Assembly (NCBI GenBank): GCA_051874735.1
Contig: JBJEGD010000022.1
Location: 52,216-116,215, forward strand
From: Candidatus Bruticola sp.
Lineage (GTDB): Bacteria > Vulcanimicrobiota > Xenobia > Xenobiales > Xenobiaceae
DNA: 64,000 nt
Direction: 5' to 3'
In this document: piece by piece, positions 9,798 to 19,260 of the stretch
Layout: the number at the start of each line of letters is the position of its first letter
How positions within the stretch are numbered: position 1 is the stretch's first letter
Notes under the pieces: generated by a model
The model's input: the letters and a program-made list of their open reading frames with translations, nothing else
What the model was told of the DNA's origin: nothing
Databases searched by the model: none
Made by a program: the position numbers and the translations under genes

Positions 9798-11315
9798 TTA
9801 CTCTACAGTATAAACATCCCTGATCTTCTGGGCCATAGCAGACAAGTTAACAGAATGTGAAGCTTTAATCAACAAACAGTCACCGGGCTGACGCACTCCG
9901 CTCAACATCTCGTAGGCCTGTTCCCAATTTGAAGCCCACAGAGAATGAAGCCCGCAACTTTGGGCTTCCTTAACAGTATTCACACTTAATTCCCCTACTC
10001 CAATCAACATATCTAGACCACTGTTGGCGCAAAGTTTTCCCAGTTGTCGGTGCAGTTCCTTTTCCTCTGCCCCTAATTCCAGCATGTCTCCTAAAACAGC
10101 TAAACAGCGCCTCTTGTCTCCAGTTTGGCCAGCGCCTAATCCGATTTTGCTTAACAAAGATGGAAGTTTAGGCATTAATTCTAAAGCTGCTTTCACTGAA
10201 CTGGGAGCAGCATTGTACGAATCGTCTATCAAAACTGTGCCATCGGGAGCGGCCTCAATTTGGAGTCTTTTACCGGTAAGCTGACAGGAGGCCAAACCGC
10301 GAGCCCCTTCTTCTAAACTGACTCCAGCTTCAGAGCAGGCAGCCAACGCAGCCAACATATTAGCGCAATTGTGCCTTCCTGGTACTGGTAAAAATACTTT
10401 GTGAATTCCCATAGGAGAGGCAAAATGCACAATTTGTCCCCAAATTAAGCGACACATACCCCTGCTGTGTTCACTCATTTCTGTTGTTTTAAGACATTCT
10501 TCAGTCTCAAGCAAGTGCCAATCTGCCTGGCTATTGAGCACCCCAAAAGACACACACCGCCCTTTAGCATGTTCATGAAGTAGATCATAAAAATCTGAAT
10601 CAGCTGGAAGTATAGATACACCAGTGAAACTGCTCTCGTCCAAAAGTTCTGCTTTGGCCAGAGCTATTTCTCTCCTACTGCCTAACCTTTCCAAATGAGA
10701 CTCACCTATAGTACTTACAATACTAATACTAGGAACAGCTATTTTGGCTAAACGCTCAATCTCACCACGAGCTCGCATTCCCATTTCAGTAACCGCCCAG
10801 TCAGTATCTAAGCGCAACGACAAAAGAGTTTCAGCAAAGCCTATTTCATTATTGTGGTTGGCCACAGTTGCAGTTACCTTATAGCGCTGACTAAGAATAG
10901 AACGCACAAAATCTTTAACAGTTGTTTTTCCAACTGAACCTGTTACCGCCATAACTTTAGAACCACAACACCGCAAATAATAGCCACTTAAAAGAAGATA
11001 AGCCTGAAGACAAGAATCAACGTAAATAAGTTTACCCGCATAATTTGGGGACGGTTTAATCTCTCCAGCCTCTCTTATAGACCATAAAGAAGCAGCAGCC
11101 CCTCCTTTTAAGGCACTCTCCACAAATTTATGGCCATTAAAGCGCTCACCGCGCAAAGGTACAAACAATCCCCCGGCTATAGGACTGCGACTATCAGTAA
11201 AAAGACCAGTTAGAACTAAATCTTTTGATATTTGCTGAGGAAGTTCAGATTGAAGAACTGTAGATATTGTTTCTACTTTCCAAATTTCGGCCATACAGAT
11301 GTTATAACGTTCCAT
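9798..11315 (-). CDS. murF: UDP-MurNAc-tripeptide--D-Ala-D-Ala ligase
   Basis: Mur ligase P-loop TGSVGKTTVKDF. Lies between murE and mraY. Confidence 0.85.
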   Translation of the reverse strand: MERYNICMAEIWKVETISTVLQSELPQQISKDLVLTGLFTDSRSPIAGGLFVPLRGERFNGHKFVESALKGGAAASLWSIREAGEIKPSPNYAGKLIYVDSCLQAYLLLSGYYLRCCGSKVMAVTGSVGKTTVKDFVRSILSQRYKVTATVANHNNEIGFAETLLSLRLDTDWAVTEMGMRARGEIERLAKIAVPSISIVSTIGESHLERLGSRREIALAKAELLDESSFTGVSILPADSDFYDLLHEHAKGRCVSFGVLNSQADWHLLETEECLKTTEMSEHSRGMCRLIWGQIVHFASPMGIHKVFLPVPGRHNCANMLAALAACSEAGVSLEEGARGLASCQLTGKRLQIEAAPDGTVLIDDSYNAAPSSVKAALELMPKLPSLLSKIGLGAGQTGDKRRCLAVLGDMLELGAEEKELHRQLGKLCANSGLDMLIGVGELSVNTVKEAQSCGLHSLWASNWEQAYEMLSGVRQPGDCLLIKASHSVNLSAMAQKIRDVYTVE

Positions 11316-11397
11316 TTCTTAGAAATATAAAATCAAAATAAAATCCTCTTAGTAGAGGCGCACCTCAAACTAAGAGGACCAAAAAATAGCTCTGACC

Positions 11398-13011
11398 TTA
11401 TAGGGCAGCTCGATCTACAACGTAAAGACTGTGATTTATAGCGCGTCGATTCCACTCAGCAGCCATCCGCACGCTAATAGGAGCTAAAGACTCTCGACTA
11501 TTTTCTAGAGCCATTGAGCTTAGAACTTTTTCAGCTTGTTCTACGTCGTCGAAGTGAACGGTTTTATCGCTAAACTTCTGGTACGTTTCATGGCCCTTAC
11601 CGGCAATAACGACTGTATCGCCAGCTTTAGCGCTGTTCAACGCACGAGATATAGCCTCAGCACGACTGAAAACAACTTCGACATACTGCATATATTCTGA
11701 GGATATTCCAGCCAAAATCTGACGTATTATAACTTCAGGATCCTCGTTTCTAGGATTGTCGTTGGTTATATAAATTTTATCAGCCTTTTCAGCAGCTAAA
11801 CGCCCCATTATAGCTCGCTTGCCGTGATCGCGATCTCCTCCACATCCGAAAACCAAAGTCAACTTGCCTTTTGTAATCATACGAGCAGAATCGAGCAAAT
11901 TAGACAAGCCATCTGGAGAATGGGCATAATCTACAATGACAGTAAAGTTTTGGCCTTTACGAACGAGCTGGAAGCGCCCAGGAACGGCAGCGACCGATTC
12001 TAGACCTTTAACAATACACTTTCCATCGATGCGCAAAGCCATACCGACGGCAGCAGCGGCCAAAGCGTTGTGCAAATTAAAGAGTCCAGAAAGTGGCAAA
12101 TTTACCTCGAATTCTCCAACACGAGTCTCGATAGTGAAACTCAGCCCACTTGGGTTTGCTTTGACGTCGTAAGCTCGCACATCAGCTTTGCATGAAGTTC
12201 CGTAAGTTATCACCGGAACGCGCCCCTTGACCATTTCAATTAAACGAACTCCATAAGGGTCATCTAAGTTGATAACAGCGAAAGGCCCAATCTTGCGATC
12301 ACCATAAGTGCCAAGCCGAGTGAAAAGCTTGGCCTTAGATAAGAAATAATTCTCCATGTTTAAATGGAAATCCAGGTGATCTTGAGTCAAATTAGTAAAA
12401 ACGGCGATATCATAGGGAATCCCATAAACTCGATCCAGAGCTAAAGCATGAGATGATACTTCCATGACTAGGCTATCCTGTCCAGCATCGAGCATCTTGG
12501 CGAACATTTTGTGCAAGTCGAAAGATTCAGGAGTTGTATTAGCAAGTTTAAACTTCTCTCCGGCGACATGGGCCTCGATCGTGCCTAGCATTCCGGGATT
12601 GAATCCAGCTTTCTTAAGAATAGCCTCAATCAAATAAGTGGTCGTTGTCTTGCCATTAGTTCCTGTTACGCCAACGTTTACAAGTTTTTTTGCAGGATTA
12701 CCAAAATATGCAGCAGAAAGTTTAGCCAAAGCTCTGCGCGTGTTGTTCGTCTTTATAATGGTAACGCCGGAAGATGGCACCCCATCAGGGATATGCTCCA
12801 CCACCAGAGCAGCCGCTCCCTTCTCTAGAGCGTCAGCTGCGAAAGCGTGACCATCACATTGAAAACCTGTCACGCAAACAAACAGATCTCCTGACTTAAC
12901 TTGCCTAGAATCGCAGCTTAAACCGCTTATTTCCGTACTTAGGTCACCTATAACCTCAGTAGATGTAGATCCTATCAGACGACTCAATTCAGCGACATTA
13001 GTCCTAGTCAT
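11398..13011 (-). CDS. murE: UDP-MurNAc-L-Ala-D-Glu--2,6-diaminopimelate (or Lys) ligase
   Basis: GVTGTNGKTTTTYLIEAIL. C-terminal Mur ligase domain. dcw position. Confidence 0.9.
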   Translation of the reverse strand: MTRTNVAELSRLIGSTSTEVIGDLSTEISGLSCDSRQVKSGDLFVCVTGFQCDGHAFAADALEKGAAALVVEHIPDGVPSSGVTIIKTNNTRRALAKLSAAYFGNPAKKLVNVGVTGTNGKTTTTYLIEAILKKAGFNPGMLGTIEAHVAGEKFKLANTTPESFDLHKMFAKMLDAGQDSLVMEVSSHALALDRVYGIPYDIAVFTNLTQDHLDFHLNMENYFLSKAKLFTRLGTYGDRKIGPFAVINLDDPYGVRLIEMVKGRVPVITYGTSCKADVRAYDVKANPSGLSFTIETRVGEFEVNLPLSGLFNLHNALAAAAVGMALRIDGKCIVKGLESVAAVPGRFQLVRKGQNFTVIVDYAHSPDGLSNLLDSARMITKGKLTLVFGCGGDRDHGKRAIMGRLAAEKADKIYITNDNPRNEDPEVIIRQILAGISSEYMQYVEVVFSRAEAISRALNSAKAGDTVVIAGKGHETYQKFSDKTVHFDDVEQAEKVLSSMALENSRESLAPISVRMAAEWNRRAINHSLYVVDRAAL

Positions 13012-13044
13012 AATTGTTTCCTGGGCAACCTTAACCTTTCGACT

Positions 13045-14952
13045 TTATTTTATATTGCCTGGTTCATATTCTTCCTGGACATATCCGGAAACGGGTGGAA
13101 CTCCCAAAACGGGCAAAATTCTTTTACATATATTACTGAACACAGGAGCGGCTACTCGACCACCGTAGTATTCTTTCGTCGGCCTGTCGATCTTAATAAC
13201 TATAACTACGGCAGGATCTTCTATTGGCGCGATTCCTACAAACCCCGCCGTATATTGGTTTGGAAGATAACCGCGTCCGCCTTCGGCGATTTGCGCAGTG
13301 CCTGTTTTGCCTCCAACCTTATATCCAGGAACCCGTGCTCTCTTTCCAGAACCGACACTAACAACTCCAGCCATGATGCTACGAATTTCCTTGGCTTCTT
13401 CTTTGCTTATTGGACGGCTTAAAACTTCAGGCTTGAGAGAATAAGTAACTTTTTTATCGCAACTAGGATTATCTGGATCTCGCTCGAGTCTTGAGTATTC
13501 TTTAATTTCTTTTCCGTCGGCTGTAACAATAGCTTTAACCAAATGAGGCTTCATGCGAACTCCATCATTAGCAACTCCCTGAACGGCTGAAGCCAACTGC
13601 AAAGGAGTTATGCCCACAGCTTGGCCAAAGGAAATATTCGCCAAAGTTAAATTGCTCCAGTTCTTCCAAGAAGGAAATAAACCGCAAGATTCACCGTAAA
13701 CCTCGATGCCTGTTGTTTGACCGATACCGAACTCTTCCAAACTAGTGCCCAAAGCTTTAGCTCCTAGCGACATAGCCAAACTAACTGTACCAGTATTGAA
13801 CGAATAAGCAATCACATCGGCAATCGTCTCAGTACCCCGAGAATTCAAACCGTCTTCGGCGTTGTGAATTACCTCGCCCCCAACAGGGATAGTGTCGGGG
13901 CAGTAAACTTGGGAAGTTATGCTATAGCCATTTTTGATGGCTGCGCACGCAGTAAGAACCTTAAAAATCGAACCTGGCTCATAAAAATCACAGGCGATCT
14001 TATTTCTATAAGACGAAGCAGGATAATCATAATATTGTTCAGGAGCGAAATCTGGATAAGTGGCCATTGCTAAAACATCTGCGCTGCGAGCATCTAAAAT
14101 AAGCACAGAGCCCCCAGCCGCTCCGAACTGAACAACTTGCTTTTTCAGTTCATCCTCAGCCACAAACTGGACAAATTCGTCGATTGTCAATATAATGCTA
14201 TTGCCGTCAAGTGATTCATTTCCTTCTTGTTGATCTTTATTGAGAACCGGAGCTCCAGGCACAACGTTGCCTTTTGAGTCTACCTGTTCGTCCATAGAAA
14301 AAACCGTTTTCGGAGAGAGCTCCGGATCGAAAAACGCTTCTAGACCTTCTCCCCCATTGTCTTCATCGTGCTCTTCATCGATCTGTACAAAGCCCAAAAC
14401 CTGTGAAGCTAAACGCCCCTTTGGATAATAGCGGAAGCCAGACTTGATTCTATCATCAATTTCGATAGCATTAAGAGAGTATTCGTCGTCTTTAACTTTA
14501 CCATCTTGAACGGCCAAGCTCACATCATCCTTCAGCTTAGTTAGTGCTAGACACATCTCATCAGTCGCATTTTTATTAAGATAGGCAAATGTATCGCTAG
14601 TATCTAAAATTTTAAAAAGCTCCTGCTGCTCCATCTTGAGAATAGGCGCCAGTAAAGCACTAGTTTTGGCGGCATCTTTCACTGAGTCAGGATGGCAATA
14701 TATTATGCGGCGTTTTCTGCTAGCAGCCAACACGTGGTGGTTTCGATCGTAGATTGTTCCTCTGAGACCGCGCTTCTCAACGTCATCGCCCTTAACTGCG
14801 TCTTGTTTTTCTTTTACCTTGGAGGAATACATGATGTTATCAACGCCTTGCATCCATAGCTGCCTAGCCATGATAACAGCAAAGCCGCACACAATGAGGA
14901 TAAAAATTCCTGCAATCCGTTCTCGAAAACAGCTTTGAAAATCTTTCTTCAT
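13045..14952 (-). CDS. ftsI: Class B penicillin-binding protein / peptidoglycan D,D-transpeptidase FtsI
   Basis: N-terminal TM. Transpeptidase motifs SIFK (SxxK), YSFN (SxN) and KTGT. Acidic insertion in the dimerisation domain. Confidence 0.85.
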   Translation of the reverse strand: MKKDFQSCFRERIAGIFILIVCGFAVIMARQLWMQGVDNIMYSSKVKEKQDAVKGDDVEKRGLRGTIYDRNHHVLAASRKRRIIYCHPDSVKDAAKTSALLAPILKMEQQELFKILDTSDTFAYLNKNATDEMCLALTKLKDDVSLAVQDGKVKDDEYSLNAIEIDDRIKSGFRYYPKGRLASQVLGFVQIDEEHDEDNGGEGLEAFFDPELSPKTVFSMDEQVDSKGNVVPGAPVLNKDQQEGNESLDGNSIILTIDEFVQFVAEDELKKQVVQFGAAGGSVLILDARSADVLAMATYPDFAPEQYYDYPASSYRNKIACDFYEPGSIFKVLTACAAIKNGYSITSQVYCPDTIPVGGEVIHNAEDGLNSRGTETIADVIAYSFNTGTVSLAMSLGAKALGTSLEEFGIGQTTGIEVYGESCGLFPSWKNWSNLTLANISFGQAVGITPLQLASAVQGVANDGVRMKPHLVKAIVTADGKEIKEYSRLERDPDNPSCDKKVTYSLKPEVLSRPISKEEAKEIRSIMAGVVSVGSGKRARVPGYKVGGKTGTAQIAEGGRGYLPNQYTAGFVGIAPIEDPAVVIVIKIDRPTKEYYGGRVAAPVFSNICKRILPVLGVPPVSGYVQEEYEPGNIK

Positions 14953-15207
14953 AATTATGCTCTTTTTTCATATGAATTATAGATTCAGCTTTAAACTTAT
15001 ACAAGAGCCATCTACACAAAGAAACCATTAAGCCATGCAGTATAGCACATAATGCAGCTGCAATACACTAGAGAACAAAAGAACTGGAGCCACAGGATGG
15101 AGGGGGATGTGGGAAGGAAGCGACATTGATACGAAGGTGACAGATACACCGGAGGGCCTTAAGCTAACGCTTTACTTTATTATGTGGATACTAACAGTAC
15201 CAGGTGC

Positions 15208-15696
15208 TCAACGAGCAGATAACTTATCTTTTTTAGCCGGAGGATAGTAGAATACGCTTACTTTCTGGCCACTGCCTACTGAACTAAGCTGCACAATGTG
15301 AACTTTATCGGCTTGCGGAGACTCCATACCCAGCAGCTTAGCTTGCTCAGAGATTCTTTTCAGCGAAGACAACTCTTCGACTTGAAGCGCAACTTTATTT
15401 TTCTGTTTATCAAGGGCGGCTAATTTATGCTGAGCTCTGTCCAATTCATATTGAACTTCAACGAGCCCAGCGTATTGGAGTGTCAGTAAAAAGACCAGCA
15501 TCACTACGATAGAGAAAACGCATAAGCACCAAACTTTGGGAAGTACAGCTAATTTGGGGAGGTCATTCTTAACCTGAGCGGAGATTTCACTTAGTTCGTC
15601 TACAGACCGAACAGTTCTTCTCCTAAGCTGCTTAGCCCATTCTGGCGGGGTGGGCAAATGTTCTACCGACCTACGGACACCAAATTGAGACATCAA
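15208..15696 (-). CDS. ftsL: Putative cell division protein FtsL (single TM + coiled coil)
   Basis: Small bitopic protein between rsmH and ftsI. TM VWCLCVFSIVVMLVFLL followed by coiled-coil segment. Confidence 0.5.
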   Translation of the reverse strand: MMSQFGVRRSVEHLPTPPEWAKQLRRRTVRSVDELSEISAQVKNDLPKLAVLPKVWCLCVFSIVVMLVFLLTLQYAGLVEVQYELDRAQHKLAALDKQKNKVALQVEELSSLKRISEQAKLLGMESPQADKVHIVQLSSVGSGQKVSVFYYPPAKKDKLSAR

Positions 15697-15760
15697 CTTT
15701 TCCTTTCTCTATTGCACTAAAAAAAGACTTGCGAAAATCTGCTCTGACTGAAGCTGTTAT

Positions 15761-16750
15761 CTATATCCGCTCAGCAGCACGAAGCTTAGCTGAACGGGAA
15801 CGAGGATTATCTTTTAACTCATCGTCACTTGGAAGCAACGGCTTTTTAGTTATTTCTCGTAGAACAGCCTTGGCGCCGCAAGTGCATATAGGGGCAAGAG
15901 GCGGACAAACACACCGTCCTAATCCGCTTTTAAACGCAGACTTTACAATTCGATCTTCTAAGGAATGGTAACTAATTATGACCGCTCGTCCGCCATGATT
16001 CAGTAGCTCGAGAGCACTCGCAACGCCTCTCTCCAAGACAAAAAGCTCATCATTCACCGCAATTCGCAATGCCTGGAAGGTTCTGGTAGCAGGATGAATT
16101 ATCCTGCCCTTAGGATTTGAAGATTTTGTGGGGTTAGGCACTGTTCTGGAAATGAGATTGGCTAGTTCAAAAGTTGTTTCAATTGGCTTAACAGTGCGTT
16201 CTCTAACGATCGCTGCTGCAATTCGACCAGCGTAACGCTCCTCTCCCCAGCGACTTATGATATTTTTTAGCTCTTCACAAGAGGCGCCATTTACTAAATC
16301 GGCAGCGCTAATCGTCTCTGAATTACTATTCGCCATCCGCATATCAAGTTTTCCGTTGTTTTTAAAAGAAAAACCACGCCAAGGAGCATCTAACTGGTGG
16401 GAAGACACGCCTAAATCCATGAGAATACCATCTATGCTAACTACTCCAACTTGAGCAAGTATCTCCTTTAGATCAGAAAAGTTACCTTGCAAAACGGAAA
16501 AGCTAACTTTCTGACCAGCTTGGCCTTCTAAAACTCCGCTGTCTTTGATGACACGTCCAGCTTCCAACAAAGCCTCAGGATCCTGATCTATAGATAGCAA
16601 CCGACCGCCTCCCAATTCTCTGAGCCGCTTTAAAATAGCCAGAGTATGTCCTCCCCCTCCGAGAGTTGCATCTACATATGTATGACCATTTTTTATATTT
16701 AATAAATCGATAACTTCCGATAAAAGCACCGGAACATGATATTTTTTCAT
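15761..16750 (-). CDS. rsmH: 16S rRNA (cytosine1402-N4)-methyltransferase RsmH/MraW
   Basis: HVPVLLSEV N-terminus, SAM-binding DATLGGGGH, conserved C-terminal region. Confidence 0.9.
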   Translation of the reverse strand: MKKYHVPVLLSEVIDLLNIKNGHTYVDATLGGGGHTLAILKRLRELGGGRLLSIDQDPEALLEAGRVIKDSGVLEGQAGQKVSFSVLQGNFSDLKEILAQVGVVSIDGILMDLGVSSHQLDAPWRGFSFKNNGKLDMRMANSNSETISAADLVNGASCEELKNIISRWGEERYAGRIAAAIVRERTVKPIETTFELANLISRTVPNPTKSSNPKGRIIHPATRTFQALRIAVNDELFVLERGVASALELLNHGGRAVIISYHSLEDRIVKSAFKSGLGRCVCPPLAPICTCGAKAVLREITKKPLLPSDDELKDNPRSRSAKLRAAERI

Positions 16751-17004
16751 AGATCTACAATCGAATTATTCGATAACTCCACAGCACTTTGTTTTATTCT
16801 AGAACTGAACGGAACAAACGATACGGCACAGCCAATAGGGAAGCGAATAGTAACATGAGCTGCCGGTTCAACGTGTTCGCCGCCAAAACGGCGATCTGTA
16901 ACTCGGTGCCACTTATTATTTAGCACTCCCATTTGAGCTAGGATCGGAAACACATTGCTCTTATCATTAAAAAAAAGCTCAACACTCATATCGTTTGCCT
17001 CCAA
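16747..17004 (-). CDS. Small hypothetical protein at MraZ position (possible degenerate/truncated MraZ)
   Basis: Occupies the slot upstream of rsmH and overlaps it by 4 nt. Only ~80 aa; the ATG is at codon 6 and the track start is TTG. Weak G-x-L-N-N-K-W resemblance to the MraZ C-terminal motif. No DxxGR motif seen. Confidence 0.25.
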   Translation of the reverse strand: MEANDMSVELFFNDKSNVFPILAQMGVLNNKWHRVTDRRFGGEHVEPAAHVTIRFPIGCAVSFVPFSSRIKQSAVELSNNSIVDL

Positions 17005-17631
17005 TCTTTATTATCAAGGAGCCTGCCTCGAATTTAAACAACGCTGTGATCGCAACTATTTATTGAATATACAATATTTGTTAACGCGCCCAGAACTTGA
17101 TGTCTTTAAAGATGATTTCATGTTTACGCTGACTTTGATACTATTCATCGAGATAACTTAAGTCAATTTATTAAATATAGTTTTTATCATTTTCTATGAA
17201 TATATCTTTTACAGCATAAAAACTATATACAGATTATTAAATCAAATATTTAGTATAAAAATCTAAATATTTTTGCATTAAAAAAGCACTATTTTTATCC
17301 CAACCTATTAAAAAAATTCTATTTATAAGAAGAAAAAAAACATGGTTACAGACAATAAAATCTTAACGATAACGCACCAGCAAATTATTTTCGTGAATTG
17401 GTAGAAATTTAAAAATTTCAATCAAATTTCGTATGAAATGCAAAAAAAAGCTTTAAAACCCTGAACAAATGGCAGGTTAGCCTTATACTGAAGAAGAACC
17501 CCACCGCCCCCGGCTAAATAGGATAGTTCGCTATGCGCTTCTGCACTCCGAAGAGCAGACCCGGACTGGGAAAGATAAAAAGATCCCGTCAGTTCATAAG
17601 CCGAAGATAATTTTTTTTGGAGTGATCTTCC

Positions 17632-19014
17632 TTGAAGCGCTATGTAATAGTGGGAGGCGGAGCAGCCGGTCTAACCTTAGCTTATTATTTATGTAAAGCT
17701 GGACTGCCTACTGTAGTAATAGAAAGAGAAAGTAATGTAGGCGGTTTATCGCGCACTTTTCATTACGGTGACTGGTCTTTTGACATAGGCCCTCACCGTT
17801 TCTATTCACAAAATCCTAAAGTAAACCGATTTTTAAAAGAAGTTCAGGGAGACGGCTTTGCAGAGATACCCAGATTTTCTCAAGTGTACTTTATGGGTAA
17901 GTACCATGAATGGCCGCTGCGCTTGGAAACTATAGCCAAGCTTCCTCCCAACGTAGCTTTGCAGGCCGGCCTGGACATGTTCTTTAGAACAGGACGAAGT
18001 AACCGCAGTTCCAGCAATACTTTTAAAGATTATGTACTCTGTCGCTACGGCAAGACTTTATACGAAACTTTCTTTAAAGATTACACTGAGAAATTTGTGG
18101 GAATTTCTACAGAGAACACCCACCGCAATTGGGCAAAAATAGGGCTGGAACGAGCAACTATCGACGATAATGTCAACACAGCCTCTCTATTCGAGATATT
18201 CAAACTGATGCTGCTGCCTAAAAAAGCAGAGCTCAATTTTCTTTACCCTAATTCAGGTGGTATTTGTTCGTTTTGGGAAAACTGTCAACGCCGCATAATA
18301 GATATGGGCGGTGAAATTATCACTCAAAGCGAAGTATCCGCCTTAATATATAGCGTAACCGATAATGGCCTGAACGAAATTAGCGAAGTCGTTACCACAA
18401 AAGGAAAAATAGAGTGTCAGGAGTTAGCTTGGAGTGCTTCCATCAATGAACTGGCTAATAAACTTAATTTAACGCCTACACAATTAGATTATAGATCGCA
18501 AATTATATGTTCAGTAATGTTGGATAAGCCCCCTAAACACCGCTCACAGTGGTGTTATTTCGGAGACAAGAATCTATTATTTTCTCGTATATCAAATCCA
18601 TCATGCTTCAGCCCGAGCTGCGCTCCTCAAGGACGAGGGGGGCTGTGCTTGGAAATAACCTGTCAATATCAAGATGATATGTGGCACGACCCGGAAAAAC
18701 TCATTCCCCGTCTCATAGAGGAGCTTCATCAAGTTGGCGTCATTAACGACAGCATCAAAGTTCTGGACGCTCGAGTTGAAAAAATTAGGGATGCTTATCC
18801 TATTTACAGTCTTAATTACATTGACAGACTCAATCTTTTAGACAAAGAGTGCAGTGCTTTCAAAAATTTAGAATTATTAGGACGTACTGGTCGTTTCTGG
18901 TATAACAATTTAGACCATTCTATAGAAAATTCTTTAAGCACAGCTGCCAAATATTTAAAAAAGCTACATAATTTATCAGCGAAGGCGGAATCTGTTATGG
19001 AGGAAGTTTCATAG
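17632..19014 (+). CDS. FAD-dependent oxidoreductase (amine-oxidase / protoporphyrinogen-oxidase-like fold)
   Basis: N-terminal dinucleotide-binding YVIVGGGAAGLTLAYYL...VIERESNVGG. TTG start with GGAG upstream. Confidence 0.7.
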   Translation: MKRYVIVGGGAAGLTLAYYLCKAGLPTVVIERESNVGGLSRTFHYGDWSFDIGPHRFYSQNPKVNRFLKEVQGDGFAEIPRFSQVYFMGKYHEWPLRLETIAKLPPNVALQAGLDMFFRTGRSNRSSSNTFKDYVLCRYGKTLYETFFKDYTEKFVGISTENTHRNWAKIGLERATIDDNVNTASLFEIFKLMLLPKKAELNFLYPNSGGICSFWENCQRRIIDMGGEIITQSEVSALIYSVTDNGLNEISEVVTTKGKIECQELAWSASINELANKLNLTPTQLDYRSQIICSVMLDKPPKHRSQWCYFGDKNLLFSRISNPSCFSPSCAPQGRGGLCLEITCQYQDDMWHDPEKLIPRLIEELHQVGVINDSIKVLDARVEKIRDAYPIYSLNYIDRLNLLDKECSAFKNLELLGRTGRFWYNNLDHSIENSLSTAAKYLKKLHNLSAKAESVMEEVS

Positions 19015-19260
19015 CAGCACCCAAATTGGGCAGCAGGACGGTTCGAGCCGGTTTGGGCGCCGTGGTGTCCTTCGACAGTTCTGAATGCGCTAACAATCAG
19101 CTTTGAACTTCCCGTAGAATTACAATATATCATCAAAGTTGAATTTATCAAATTTAGGAAAGGGGAGTTGGTCTTCCATCAGGGCTGTCTGTCTTCTGAG
19201 AGTAAATAACCAGAGCGGCTGAGCCCACATTGTGGAAGATCAATTTGCAGCGCACGCAGA

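Noticed and set aside
15729-15971. Plus-strand 80-aa ORF and other short ORFs (e.g. 8359-8616, 12638-12850, 3215-3415) overlapping dcw genes
   Set aside because: Embedded antisense or out-of-frame within strongly supported Mur/Fts CDSs. No RBS or domain signal.
19015-19110. tRNA-like GGTTCGAGCC (T-loop-like) sequence downstream of the FAD-oxidoreductase gene
   Set aside because: Flanks do not form an acceptor stem, anticodon arm or proper 5-bp T-stem. Most likely chance similarity or part of a terminator-like structure.
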